Shown one piece after another: positions 35,935 through 44,714 of a DNA stretch of 50,455 nucleotides. Origin of the DNA: a virus (taxonomy: Duplodnaviria > Caudoviricetes). A program made the position numbers and the translations under genes. Every line of letters starts with the position of its first letter. The first letter of the stretch is position 1. Under the pieces are notes generated by a model. It worked only from the letters and a program-made list of their open reading frames with translations, was not told the DNA's origin and did no database searches. Location: IMG/VR virus record IMGVR_UViG_3300035183_001457, positions 1 through 50,455 of that record; one strand, given 5' to 3'.

Positions 35935-37355
35935 TGGCTCGTCTTGGAGGTATTGCTAGCTACCAGACCATCCGACCATCCGAGGTCGATCCCGGCGCTC
36001 CGACGAGCACGCGCACGCTCAAGAGGATCATCGAGAACCTCGCGCACGTGTACGACCTCGTCACCGGATCCAACGGCAAGGCCGGCGTCGTCGTCAATCA
36101 CGCGGGAACCGCGGGTCGTGGCGCGCGCCTCGGCATGCCGTGGGTGAACATGGCGTTTGCCGGGCGCGATGCGCGCGTCGGGCAGTTCGGTGTCGACCTG
36201 AGCTACACGAACGCGACGGTCGGTGCGAAGGGCAAGGGCAGCTTCGGAAACGACACGATGATCGTCGCGGTGCCGATCTACATCACGCCGGCGGAGAGCA
36301 GCTTCACCGCGAAGATCATCGGCAACGGCCTCAACATCTGGACGTGGCGCATGCGCATCACCGACGAGAACTTCACGACGCTCTACGAGCGCGAGTTCAC
36401 GTGCGAGATGGGCGGCCTCATTCTCACGATCGAGGAGAACGACGCCACGCTCGTCCCGAGCGGCAACCAGCGATACGTGATCATCTTCGCGGACACGACG
36501 GAGCGTCAGATCGCGAGCGGAACGACGCCGGACGCGCAGGTGCGCATGTATTCGTGCACGCTGAGCCCGACGCGCATCCGCGACGGTGGCCGCTCGCCGG
36601 TGCGCCGTGCGACGACGGACTTCCAGATCACCGCTCCCGGCGCGGGTGTGGCGATCGCGTGGCAGGACTTCGACTCCACGCTGCTCACCGACGACAATCA
36701 CGGGCACGCCTACCTGCTCGCGCGCGCGAACCGCAACCGAAACGCGCTGTACGAATACATCACGGGATGGCCCGCGGGAGGGAACGCTGCGTACACGCTC
36801 GCCGACACGGCATCGTCGAATCCCGGCACGTCGAGGTTCCTCGCTTACACTAACTCGGTCTTCGCGACGGAAGGCAACCCGCCGTTCCCGGTCCTCGCCG
36901 AGGCATTCGGCGCGTTCATGCTCGACGGCAACGCGGTCGTCGCCGACGGCGCCGGTGGCGTGTACCCTCCGTCGGCCGGCATGCTCGACTGGTACGGCCT
37001 GATCCCCGTCGCCACGGCGGCGTCGATCCTCCGTCAGTGGCGGTGCTACATCCCGGATTTCCCGAACGCTGCGCCCGGTCCGAAGCTCGCCGGGCTCATC
37101 CTCGCCGGAACGAACAACAGCGTCGAGGGCATCAAGTGGTCCGGCGGATGGACCATCGGTGGCGTCGCAAGCGCACTCAATCTCTTTGCCGTCGTGCCCG
37201 GCACGAACAACAAGCTCATGGTCTGCAAGCACTTTAACCTGCAGTTCAGCCCCGACGTCATGCAGACGATCTCGCTTCGCTCTTCGAAGGGCGTCGCGAA
37301 GGTCGCCGAGGACGAAATCATAATCCTCGGCGCGAGCCTGTTCTTCCTTCCCTGA
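35934..37355 (+). CDS. Tail fibre/spike-like protein with two modules (473 aa)
   Basis: MARLGGIASYQ..., TAATG coupling; EVDPGAPT...IENL anchor-like motif. Confidence 0.6.
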   Translation: MARLGGIASYQTIRPSEVDPGAPTSTRTLKRIIENLAHVYDLVTGSNGKAGVVVNHAGTAGRGARLGMPWVNMAFAGRDARVGQFGVDLSYTNATVGAKGKGSFGNDTMIVAVPIYITPAESSFTAKIIGNGLNIWTWRMRITDENFTTLYEREFTCEMGGLILTIEENDATLVPSGNQRYVIIFADTTERQIASGTTPDAQVRMYSCTLSPTRIRDGGRSPVRRATTDFQITAPGAGVAIAWQDFDSTLLTDDNHGHAYLLARANRNRNALYEYITGWPAGGNAAYTLADTASSNPGTSRFLAYTNSVFATEGNPPFPVLAEAFGAFMLDGNAVVADGAGGVYPPSAGMLDWYGLIPVATAASILRQWRCYIPDFPNAAPGPKLAGLILAGTNNSVEGIKWSGGWTIGGVASALNLFAVVPGTNNKLMVCKHFNLQFSPDVMQTISLRSSKGVAKVAEDEIIILGASLFFLP

Positions 37356-37356
37356 G

Positions 37357-38052
37357 GTGCACCCAATGGGCGCTCGTGTTGGAGACTCGATCTTCCTGAA
37401 GGACTCCGAGGTCTGCAGCGAGGCCGCGGCATACGCGCGCGTCGTACGCGCCCTCGCCGGCGGAGCCGCTGAGCTGTACGAGCTTGCCACTGGAAAGGCT
37501 GCAGGAGCCGACGGCCCGGTGACGCCGCCCAACCCGCAGGGAGAGATCGGCATCGACCTGAGCGGACCACCGTGGGGCTCAGCGGTGCGTCACCCGATCG
37601 CGTGGATCGGCGGGGGCGTCGTGCCGGCGACGGCGACGGCCTACGGCATGAACAACATCCTCACCGTCACGGCGTCGAATCCCGGCGTCGTCGGCCCGTG
37701 GATGATCTGGAACCGGCCGTTCGAGACGCTGCCGCGCGACTCGGTGACGACGGCGATCGCGCCCTACTCGCGCGGCGTGATCTCACTACAGGCCTACAAC
37801 ACGGCGGTCGGCAACGCGACGATCACGATGTCCTGCACGAACCTCGCTTTCGGCGATCCGCAGGACGCATGGCAGACGACCTTCATCATCAACGCCGGCG
37901 CGTCGGTGATGCAGAACTTCGACAACGTCGGCTACGTGCCGCTGCAGCCCGGATGGAACATGCTGTGGCTTCGCTTCAAGACGGCGTCGACGACGCTCAC
38001 GTCGATCATTTCGAGCCTCGCGATCTGTCAGGCCGCGAAGCGATCTCACTGA
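37357..38052 (+). CDS. Tail fibre/spike-like protein (about 230 aa)
   Basis: Last gene of the structural arm; shares the LYE..TG motif with the previous gene. Confidence 0.55.
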   Translation: MHPMGARVGDSIFLKDSEVCSEAAAYARVVRALAGGAAELYELATGKAAGADGPVTPPNPQGEIGIDLSGPPWGSAVRHPIAWIGGGVVPATATAYGMNNILTVTASNPGVVGPWMIWNRPFETLPRDSVTTAIAPYSRGVISLQAYNTAVGNATITMSCTNLAFGDPQDAWQTTFIINAGASVMQNFDNVGYVPLQPGWNMLWLRFKTASTTLTSIISSLAICQAAKRSH

Positions 38053-38136
38053 CGCCGAGCAGCGCACACGTCGGAGAGGTGCTCCACGTAGTCGCGCGCA
38101 CGATCAAGCTCGCGCGTGAGGCGTTCTCCTCGCTGG

Positions 38137-38478
38137 TTATCGGTCCTCGGAGATCCTGTAGTCGAGGCCGCTCGACGCCTCGCGCGCCTTCCTGTCCGCG
38201 TCGGCGCGCACGTACAGGTCGCCGAGGATCACCTTCGCGTCACGCGCCAACGTTCGGCCCGTCTCGTCGGCCATCGCGTGCGCGCGCTCCATGGCGGACA
38301 TGAGAGCGGCGAGGCCGCGATAGTCGGCGAGCGCCGCGTGCGGAGGAGGCTGCGACCCGTCCTCGATGTTCTTCATCGAGAACGGGCCGACGTCCCACGC
38401 TCGGCCGACGGTCTTGGCGTCGACGTCGTGCTGCTCACGCCACTCCTTGAGCTTCGGGCCGAACGTGTACCGGCTCAC
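38137..38478 (-). CDS. XRE-like HTH protein (113 aa)
   Basis: FGPKLKEWREQHDV...VG...MKNIEDG..P resembles a Cro/CI-type HTH. Confidence 0.55.
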   Translation of the reverse strand: MSRYTFGPKLKEWREQHDVDAKTVGRAWDVGPFSMKNIEDGSQPPPHAALADYRGLAALMSAMERAHAMADETGRTLARDAKVILGDLYVRADADRKAREASSGLDYRISEDR

Positions 38479-39068
38479 TGCACTTCACCGTCGCCGAGAT
38501 CGTCGATCACCTCGTCGATCACCGCGGCAGCCTCCTCGATCTTGAGGGAGACCTGCTCGCCCTTCTTGTTCTTCTTGCTGCCCTTCTTGCTCGCCTTCTT
38601 CTTTGCCTCGTCCTCGAGGTCGACCTGAGCAGAGACGAGCGAGACGAGGACCTCGGCCTTGTAGTAGTCGTCGAGGTCCTTGAGCGTGCCCTTGGGGATG
38701 GCGGCCTTCACCTCGATCACGATCTCGGCCTTCTTCGCGTCCTTCGAGATGCGCAGGACAGGAGCCTTCGCGGTGCCGCCGATGATGTCGACCACGGTCG
38801 CGTTGCCGCTTGGGTCCTGCACCTTGAGGTTCACGTCGCCGAGGGCGCGCTTGGCCTTCACCTCCTGCGCCGGCATCTCCTCCGAGGCCATGGCCGACAT
38901 GACGCTCGAGGCGCCAGCGAAGCGCCGGTTCAGGGCCTCCTCGAACCGCTCGTCGGTCACGTCTCCGACGAGGCGCAGCACCTTCACGTTGCCGCCCTTG
39001 TCGCCCTTCGCGGGCCACCAGTCCTCAAGGCATGCCTTCATCTTGTCGAGCTTGAATTCCTGCAACAC
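38475..39068 (-). CDS. Hypothetical protein (197 aa)
   Basis: GTG after AGGAGG; Lys/Glu-rich. Confidence 0.75.
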   Translation of the reverse strand: MLQEFKLDKMKACLEDWWPAKGDKGGNVKVLRLVGDVTDERFEEALNRRFAGASSVMSAMASEEMPAQEVKAKRALGDVNLKVQDPSGNATVVDIIGGTAKAPVLRISKDAKKAEIVIEVKAAIPKGTLKDLDDYYKAEVLVSLVSAQVDLEDEAKKKASKKGSKKNKKGEQVSLKIEEAAAVIDEVIDDLGDGEVQ

Positions 39069-39070
39069 CG

Positions 39071-39703
39071 TCAACCTCCTGCGGCAGCAGCCGCCTCCAC
39101 GTGCGCGAGTGCCGCGCGAACGACGAGCCTTGCTGAGCACGCGAGGGCGCCGGCGCTCGCCGCGTCCGGGTTGGTGCTCCAATACGACGGCGTTCGGGTC
39201 CGGTCCCGTTGCGCCATGAAGGTCGAAACCGCGCGCGCCACGTCCGCGGACGCGCCCACGTTGAGCCCGTGCACGGCGCGCCAGACGTTCGGCTTCACGG
39301 TCCATAGGGCGACGCCGGGCCACACGACCTGCACGGCGCCCTCGATCATCCCGAAGGCCTCGGCGAGTCGCCACTGGTTGCCGATGCCGATCCACGCCGG
39401 CTCCTCGACCACGACGAGGGCAGGCCTCAGCGGCGACCACGCGCGCGCAGCCTCAACGGCCTCGAGCGGCTCGCCCTGCATCGAGAGCTGGACGAAGTCC
39501 TCGCCGGTGATGCCGACGACGCCGGTGCGCGACGAGGAGTGTGCGCGCGACGATCCGGGATCGAACGCGACCACCGGCCGACCCTCGTCGTACGCGCGCG
39601 CGGCGCCAGCAAGGCGAGCGGCGACGTCGCTCGCGATGCTCACCTGCCTCTTGCTGGTCGATCGCTTCTTCCGGGACATGCTGTGCTTAATACCACGGCT
39701 CAC
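39071..39703 (-). CDS. RuvC-like Holliday junction resolvase
   Basis: VVAFDPG...TGVV, VVVEEP, LAEAFGMI, VKPNVWR, PDAASA. Confidence 0.7.
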   Translation of the reverse strand: MSRGIKHSMSRKKRSTSKRQVSIASDVAARLAGAARAYDEGRPVVAFDPGSSRAHSSSRTGVVGITGEDFVQLSMQGEPLEAVEAARAWSPLRPALVVVEEPAWIGIGNQWRLAEAFGMIEGAVQVVWPGVALWTVKPNVWRAVHGLNVGASADVARAVSTFMAQRDRTRTPSYWSTNPDAASAGALACSARLVVRAALAHVEAAAAAGG

Positions 39704-40530
39704 TTCCGGGCGCTCTCGAAAAGCTCTCTGAGGATGTATTGCTGCGTGGGCGCTACGGAGTAGCCGGATGGTAACTGGATCGCCTCACCTGCCTTCATGC
39801 GCGAGCGGAGGTCGTCGTGTCGCGTGCGGATCGCCTCCTCGACCTCCGCGCCCGTGATGCCGGTGACGCCGGCGAAGGCGAGCGTTCGTGCGATGAGGTC
39901 GTGTGGCTCGATCGGGAGCGGTGCCGAGCCCCATGCCGTGTGTCGCCACGAGGCGCGCTCGGCGGCCTCGAGGACGGTTCGGTAGATGTCCTTCCACGGG
40001 TCACCGCATGGCGTGGCCCGCGGCGACGACGTTTGCCGTCCAGCCAGCGCCTCGCGGCGCCAGCGCGGCCACTCGAGCATCGCCGCGTCCGGTGCCTTGA
40101 GCATCGCGGATCGAAGCAGCCGGAGGTCGTGGGCGAGGTGCCTTCGGTCAGGCGCAACGTCGAGCACACGGTCGATCTCGGCGACGTAGTGGATTCTTCC
40201 GGCGACACGAGGCTCTGCGTCGCTGTCGAACATGAGCAGCTCGGAGTACGTGAGCAGCGAGGTTCGCGCCGGGATCATCTTGGCGACGCCGTGTGCCTCG
40301 ATCTCGTCCGCGATGCGCGTTCCTCTGAGCGCGCGCCAGAGGTACTTCCTGAGCACCTCGAGCCCAAGCACGTCGCGCACGATGGGAAGGCACGCGCCGA
40401 GGCGCCGCTCGCGGATCCTGAGCATCTCGCCGAACCTCGCGATGTCGATCCGGGGGAGGCGTGTCTTTCGGAGGGCGACGTACGCGACGGGATCTTCCTC
40501 GGCGCGCACGTATGCAGGCTTCTTCGCCAT
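39700..40530 (-). CDS. Hypothetical protein (276 aa), possibly a degenerate PD-(D/E)XK fold
   Basis: GAGGTGG RBS; RLGAC...RGTRIA...VAGRIH loosely resembles Cas4/RecB-like motifs. Confidence 0.6.
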   Translation of the reverse strand: MAKKPAYVRAEEDPVAYVALRKTRLPRIDIARFGEMLRIRERRLGACLPIVRDVLGLEVLRKYLWRALRGTRIADEIEAHGVAKMIPARTSLLTYSELLMFDSDAEPRVAGRIHYVAEIDRVLDVAPDRRHLAHDLRLLRSAMLKAPDAAMLEWPRWRREALAGRQTSSPRATPCGDPWKDIYRTVLEAAERASWRHTAWGSAPLPIEPHDLIARTLAFAGVTGITGAEVEEAIRTRHDDLRSRMKAGEAIQLPSGYSVAPTQQYILRELFESARK

Positions 40531-40538
40531 GGTCCACC

Positions 40539-41129
40539 TCAGAACGGAAGGCCGTCGTCGCCGGACGACGTCGGCTCGAGGGAAAGCTCGCGATCGGCGT
40601 CGCGGATTGCCTTTTCAAAGTCTCCCTTCCACGCGCCGGATCGAAGGCCCGGCGTGAGGTGTTCGAGGATGGCTTTGAGGTGGCCGCGCATCGCCTTGTG
40701 CTTCCCCCATTCCCACCTCACGAGGTCCGCGAGCTGCTCCGCGGTTCTCGTCGACAAGCATCCGGGCTCGTGCTCGACGCCGGCGTGGAATGCGTCGCCA
40801 CCTCCACCGATGCCGCAGTCGCACGAAGCGCGGTCTCCGTCGTCGCGGACCATGTCCATGCGCTGCTGCATGAGGTCGCAGATCCTGTGGATGTCGGTCG
40901 CGATCATGCTGTTTCCGACGGGGACGCCCATCGCGATGTCCTTGAGGAGGCTGATCGCATCCCGCATCCCGCGCTTCAGGTCCGCGACGGGTTTGCGGTC
41001 GTTCGTCGACAGGCCTCCGCGCGCATCAAGCACGTCGACCAGCACCGAGAACAGCTTTCCGTCCTCGGTGCTCGTGTCCATGGCGCGGAGGCGCGCCTTC
41101 AACTCCTGCTCCCTCGTCAACGACTTCAT
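40539..41129 (-). CDS. Hypothetical protein with CDC...H..GC motif, ending DDGLPF (196 aa)
   Basis: Start after AAGGAGCAGG; acidic-LPF tail like that of SSB. Confidence 0.7.
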   Translation of the reverse strand: MKSLTREQELKARLRAMDTSTEDGKLFSVLVDVLDARGGLSTNDRKPVADLKRGMRDAISLLKDIAMGVPVGNSMIATDIHRICDLMQQRMDMVRDDGDRASCDCGIGGGGDAFHAGVEHEPGCLSTRTAEQLADLVRWEWGKHKAMRGHLKAILEHLTPGLRSGAWKGDFEKAIRDADRELSLEPTSSGDDGLPF

Positions 41130-41359
41130 TTCCTGCTCCTTGCCGCGTCTTTCATCTCGCGCAGCGTCGTGCGGAGTGCATCCGCGTGTTGCCTCGTCAC
41201 CAGAAGATCTTTTTCGACAGCGGCGAGCGCCCTCATGAGCGCCACCTCCATCTGCGCCATCAGCTCGGAGGCCGGCACGCCATCGCGCACGACCTCGAGC
41301 GCGCCGATCTCGCCCGTGGCGACGCCGGCGAGGTAGATGTTCATCTCGCGTTCCGTCAC
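41126..41359 (-). CDS. Hypothetical protein (77 aa)
   Basis: GTGA and ATGA coupling; AAGGAGG RBS. Confidence 0.65.
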   Translation of the reverse strand: MTEREMNIYLAGVATGEIGALEVVRDGVPASELMAQMEVALMRALAAVEKDLLVTRQHADALRTTLREMKDAARSRK

Positions 41360-41919
41360 GCAGCCTCCTTGGGAGCCTCGTCGCCCCACACGTCGAATCC
41401 GGGTCGCGGCGCGCGCTCGAACATGGCGAGCGCCGGTCCGCCGAACACCTCGAGCGCCTGCCTGTACGCGAAGGCCGGCTTCTCGCTGTGCTCGCCGGTC
41501 GGCGAGTCGAAGTCCGCGCGCGCGCGCTGCCATGCGGTGCCGTTGCGTCCGGGCTGCCCACGGCGCCCCCACAGAAGAAACTCGACGCCGTGGCGACCGT
41601 ACTGGCCCATCCCGAGGGAGATCTGTCCGGTGGCCTCGGTGGTCTTAATCCACGTCCACGTCGTCACGTACTGCGCGCCGCACGCGTCGAGCAGCTTGAG
41701 CCCGTGAGGCAGCGAGGACTTCGTCGTCCAGATGCCGACCCAGAACTTCAACAACGGCCGCCACACGGGCGCACCAAGCACGGCGGACGGGATCTGGTCG
41801 TACCGGAGGACGTTGTAGTGGCGCTGCGCGCCCCGACCGCCTCCGCCCGTCTCGGGCCACGGAGGATCGATCGTGATCATGCGATACCGTTTCTCGTTGA
41901 GGACGCTGCCGTAATCCAT
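41356..41919 (-). CDS. MT-A70 family adenine methyltransferase (187 aa)
   Basis: IDPPW, HY, WTWIK, GMGQYGRHGVEFLLWG, HSEKP, MFER...WGDE. Confidence 0.92.
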   Translation of the reverse strand: MDYGSVLNEKRYRMITIDPPWPETGGGGRGAQRHYNVLRYDQIPSAVLGAPVWRPLLKFWVGIWTTKSSLPHGLKLLDACGAQYVTTWTWIKTTEATGQISLGMGQYGRHGVEFLLWGRRGQPGRNGTAWQRARADFDSPTGEHSEKPAFAYRQALEVFGGPALAMFERAPRPGFDVWGDEAPKEAA

Positions 41920-41933
41920 CTGCTGCTCCTTGC

Positions 41934-43454
41934 TCACATGACGCGGTCGTCGAGGTTCGCGAAGCACGGAGGCGACCCGTTGAAGTGCAGCCTCCTCGTG
42001 CCCGTCGGCCCGTTGCGGTTCTTCGCGATGATCACCTCGGCGACGCCCTTCATCGCGTCGGGGCACTTCGGCCCGGCGTAGTATTCCTCGCGGTACAGGA
42101 AGGCGATCACGTCGGCGTCCTGCTCGATGCTCCCCGACTCGCGAAGGTCGCTCATGGATGGCCGCTTGTCGGTGCGGCTCTCGACGCCACGGTTCAGCTG
42201 CGAGAGGGCGATCACCGGGATCCCAAGCTCGCGCGCGAGGTTCTTCAGCCCCTTGCTCACCTCGGAGACGGCGACGTTCTTCTTGTCCTCGAACGCGCCG
42301 CCGTCGACGTCCATCATCTGCAGGTAGTCGATGAACACCGCGCTGAGCTTCTTCTTGCGGTGCACGGCGCGGGTGCGCGCGCGCGCCTGCCCGATCGTGA
42401 GGCCGGGCGTGTCGTCGATGATCAGGTGATCCGTCTCCGAAAGCTCGCCGAAAGCATCGAGGATCTTCGCCGCCTCCGCGCGCGAGAGGTTGGAGCGCTT
42501 GATGTCGATCCGGGTCATGGACCCGACGATGCGCTCGACGATCTGGTTGGCCGGCTGCTCGAGCGAGTAGAACAGGCACCGCTCGCTCCGCCGGAACAGC
42601 TGCTTGATGATGTCGAGGACGAACTGCGTCTTGCCCATCGATGGCCGAGCGCCCACGACGTAGAATTCCCCCGGCGTGAACGGCGCGATCGCGTCGATGT
42701 CGGCGAAGCCGGTATTGAGGACCTGTCGCTTCCCTCCGAACACTGGCAGCGAGGAGCGCACGACCTCGACCGTCGTCCTGAGGTCGACCATCTTCGAGGA
42801 CACGCGCCCGTCTGCTGTCGCGAGGGCGCGCTGCGCCTCGTCGATGATGTCGGCGGCCTTGCCATCGGCATGCTCGGCGCGCGCGGCCGCCCGGTGCGAG
42901 GCTTCCGCCACGAGCCGAAGGGATGCCTTCTCGCGCACGATGCGCGCGTATCCCTCGGCGTGTGCCGACGACGGGAGAGCGGCTTCCAGCTGAGAGATCG
43001 CAGCGGCTCCGCCGCACGCGTCGAGCTTGTTCCTTCGGAGAAGCTCCTCGACCACGTGGATCACGTCGACGGGCTCGCCGCCGCGCGCGAGCCGGAGGAT
43101 CGATTCGTAGATCCACCGATGCTGCTCGCGGTAGAAGTCGAGCGGAGTCAGGCCTGTTTCCTCGACGTCGTCGAGCACGCTCGGTGACATGAGGATCGCC
43201 CCGAGCAGGTGCCGCTCGGCATCGAGGGCGCGCGCGGCCGGCCTCTTGCGCGCTGTGGCGATGGCTTCCTCGACGAGAGCGCGGTGAGCCTGCTCCTGCG
43301 CTCCGATCACGTCGCCCACTGGAATAAGTTCGTCGGTGCCGAGCGCGCTCCGCAGCGCGCCGACGGTGACGGCGACGACCTCGTCGTCCTCGAGTTCGTG
43401 CAGGTCGCTGAGATCGATCTCGTCCGAGTCGATCGTGATCACAGGCTCAGCCAT
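41934..43454 (-). CDS. dnaB: Replicative DNA helicase DnaB
   Basis: AERHLLGAIL, GARPSMGKT, FIDYLQ, LSQLNR, SDLRESGSIEQDAD, KNRNG. Confidence 0.97.
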   Translation of the reverse strand: MAEPVITIDSDEIDLSDLHELEDDEVVAVTVGALRSALGTDELIPVGDVIGAQEQAHRALVEEAIATARKRPAARALDAERHLLGAILMSPSVLDDVEETGLTPLDFYREQHRWIYESILRLARGGEPVDVIHVVEELLRRNKLDACGGAAAISQLEAALPSSAHAEGYARIVREKASLRLVAEASHRAAARAEHADGKAADIIDEAQRALATADGRVSSKMVDLRTTVEVVRSSLPVFGGKRQVLNTGFADIDAIAPFTPGEFYVVGARPSMGKTQFVLDIIKQLFRRSERCLFYSLEQPANQIVERIVGSMTRIDIKRSNLSRAEAAKILDAFGELSETDHLIIDDTPGLTIGQARARTRAVHRKKKLSAVFIDYLQMMDVDGGAFEDKKNVAVSEVSKGLKNLARELGIPVIALSQLNRGVESRTDKRPSMSDLRESGSIEQDADVIAFLYREEYYAGPKCPDAMKGVAEVIIAKNRNGPTGTRRLHFNGSPPCFANLDDRVM

Positions 43455-44121
43455 CGATCGTCCACTTTTCTGCTTGAAGATCGAATCGCCATCCAGAGGA
43501 CGCTGCGTGCTCGTCCTGCTCGCTCCACGAGTAGCCTGCCGGCACCACGATCTCTCGCCCGCAGCGTGCGCGCACCTTGCGCGTCGACGGACCGGATCTC
43601 CCGTGCTCGTAGAGGTCGATCCACTTGTCGATCGACCTCACGACGTACTCCCATCCTCGGTGCGTGCCGCGCCCCTCCCACTCGTCAAGGGACATGCCGA
43701 TGATCGCCCGCGCCACATCGGACACGCGATACCCGGCCTTGAGCGCCGTCGACAGCGACTTCCGGCGGTTGCCACCGAGGAGCGGATCTCCGCGCGCCGT
43801 GGTCTTCCATGTGCGCTCCCAGATGGCGACCAGACCGGATGCCGCATCGCGGGCGAGAGCGGTCTCGGCGTGCAGGTCGCGCGGCGTGCACCCATCGAAC
43901 TCACCCGCGAGCGCCGCCTCCGCCGGGTCGAGGATCGCAAGCATCTGCTGCTGCGCTCCTCGGCTCGCGAAGGCGACACGCGCGGACTGGACCTCCACAT
44001 CCCCAAGCTCGACGGTGAACAGCACCGTCTCTCCTTCACGGACGACAACGGACCTCGGCGAGAAAGTGACGTCCACATATCGCCTCGGTCGCTTCGGATC
44101 TCTCGGAATGAGGTCGGCCAC
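43447..44121 (-). CDS. Putative replication initiator / helicase-associated protein (224 aa)
   Basis: Directly upstream of and overlapping dnaB; helical region (IWERTW...RRKSL...AI.G...W) resembling phage replisome-organiser C-termini. Confidence 0.5.
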   Translation of the reverse strand: MADLIPRDPKRPRRYVDVTFSPRSVVVREGETVLFTVELGDVEVQSARVAFASRGAQQQMLAILDPAEAALAGEFDGCTPRDLHAETALARDAASGLVAIWERTWKTTARGDPLLGGNRRKSLSTALKAGYRVSDVARAIIGMSLDEWEGRGTHRGWEYVVRSIDKWIDLYEHGRSGPSTRKVRARCGREIVVPAGYSWSEQDEHAASSGWRFDLQAEKWTIDG

Positions 44122-44130
44122 GTGAGCACC

Positions 44131-44574
44131 TCAGAAGGGGAGATCGTCGTCGACGAAGCCGGAGTCGCCACCGGCATCCTCCTGCGGCTGCTGCGTCTGC
44201 GTCTGCGTCTTGCGCTGGCCCGACGCAGGCGCGGCGTCCCCGCCGGCGCCACCGAGGAAGAGCAGCTGGTTGCCGACGACCTCGGTGCGGTACTTCTCGA
44301 CGCCATGCTTGTCCTTGTACGAGCGGGTCTGCATGCGACCCTCGACGTAGACCTGCCTGCCCTTCTTGAGGTACTGGCCGGCGTTCTCCGCCGTCTTCCC
44401 GAAGGTGACGACGTCCATCCACTCGGTGTGGTCCTTCCAGCCGTCGCCTTCCTTGCGACGCTCGGTCACCGCCAGTCGGAGGGTGCAGACGGCGTTGCCG
44501 GACTGCAGGTAGCGCACCTCGGGGTCCTTGCCGAGGTTGCCGACGAGGATCACCTTGTTGACTCCGTTTGCCAT
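44131..44574 (-). CDS. ssb: Single-stranded DNA-binding protein (147 aa)
   Basis: VNKVILVGNLGKDPEVRY, TEW, YLKKGRQVYVEGR, C-terminal DDDLPF. Confidence 0.98.
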   Translation of the reverse strand: MANGVNKVILVGNLGKDPEVRYLQSGNAVCTLRLAVTERRKEGDGWKDHTEWMDVVTFGKTAENAGQYLKKGRQVYVEGRMQTRSYKDKHGVEKYRTEVVGNQLLFLGGAGGDAAPASGQRKTQTQTQQPQEDAGGDSGFVDDDLPF

Positions 44575-44595
44575 GCTTCTCTCCTTGGCCGCTTC

Positions 44596-44691
44596 GGTGC
44601 GGCGTCGACGGCGTGAGGCGCCCGCGAGCCACGAGGGGACCGTCGCGGCGTCCATGTTCCTCGTGCTGCCTCACGTCGTCGACGCGGCACC
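44596..44691. repeat. 25-bp imperfect inverted repeat in the ssb leader
   Basis: 44596-44620 vs reverse complement of 44667-44691: 22/25 identical. Confidence 0.8.
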
Positions 44692-44714
44692 GGAACAAGT
44701 CCGGTGCGCGCGCG

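Noticed and set aside
38137-38478. XRE-like gene as a lysogeny repressor
   Set aside because: It is the last gene of the replication arm rather than at a divergent switch, has no peptidase domain, and there is no integrase; not enough to call the phage temperate.
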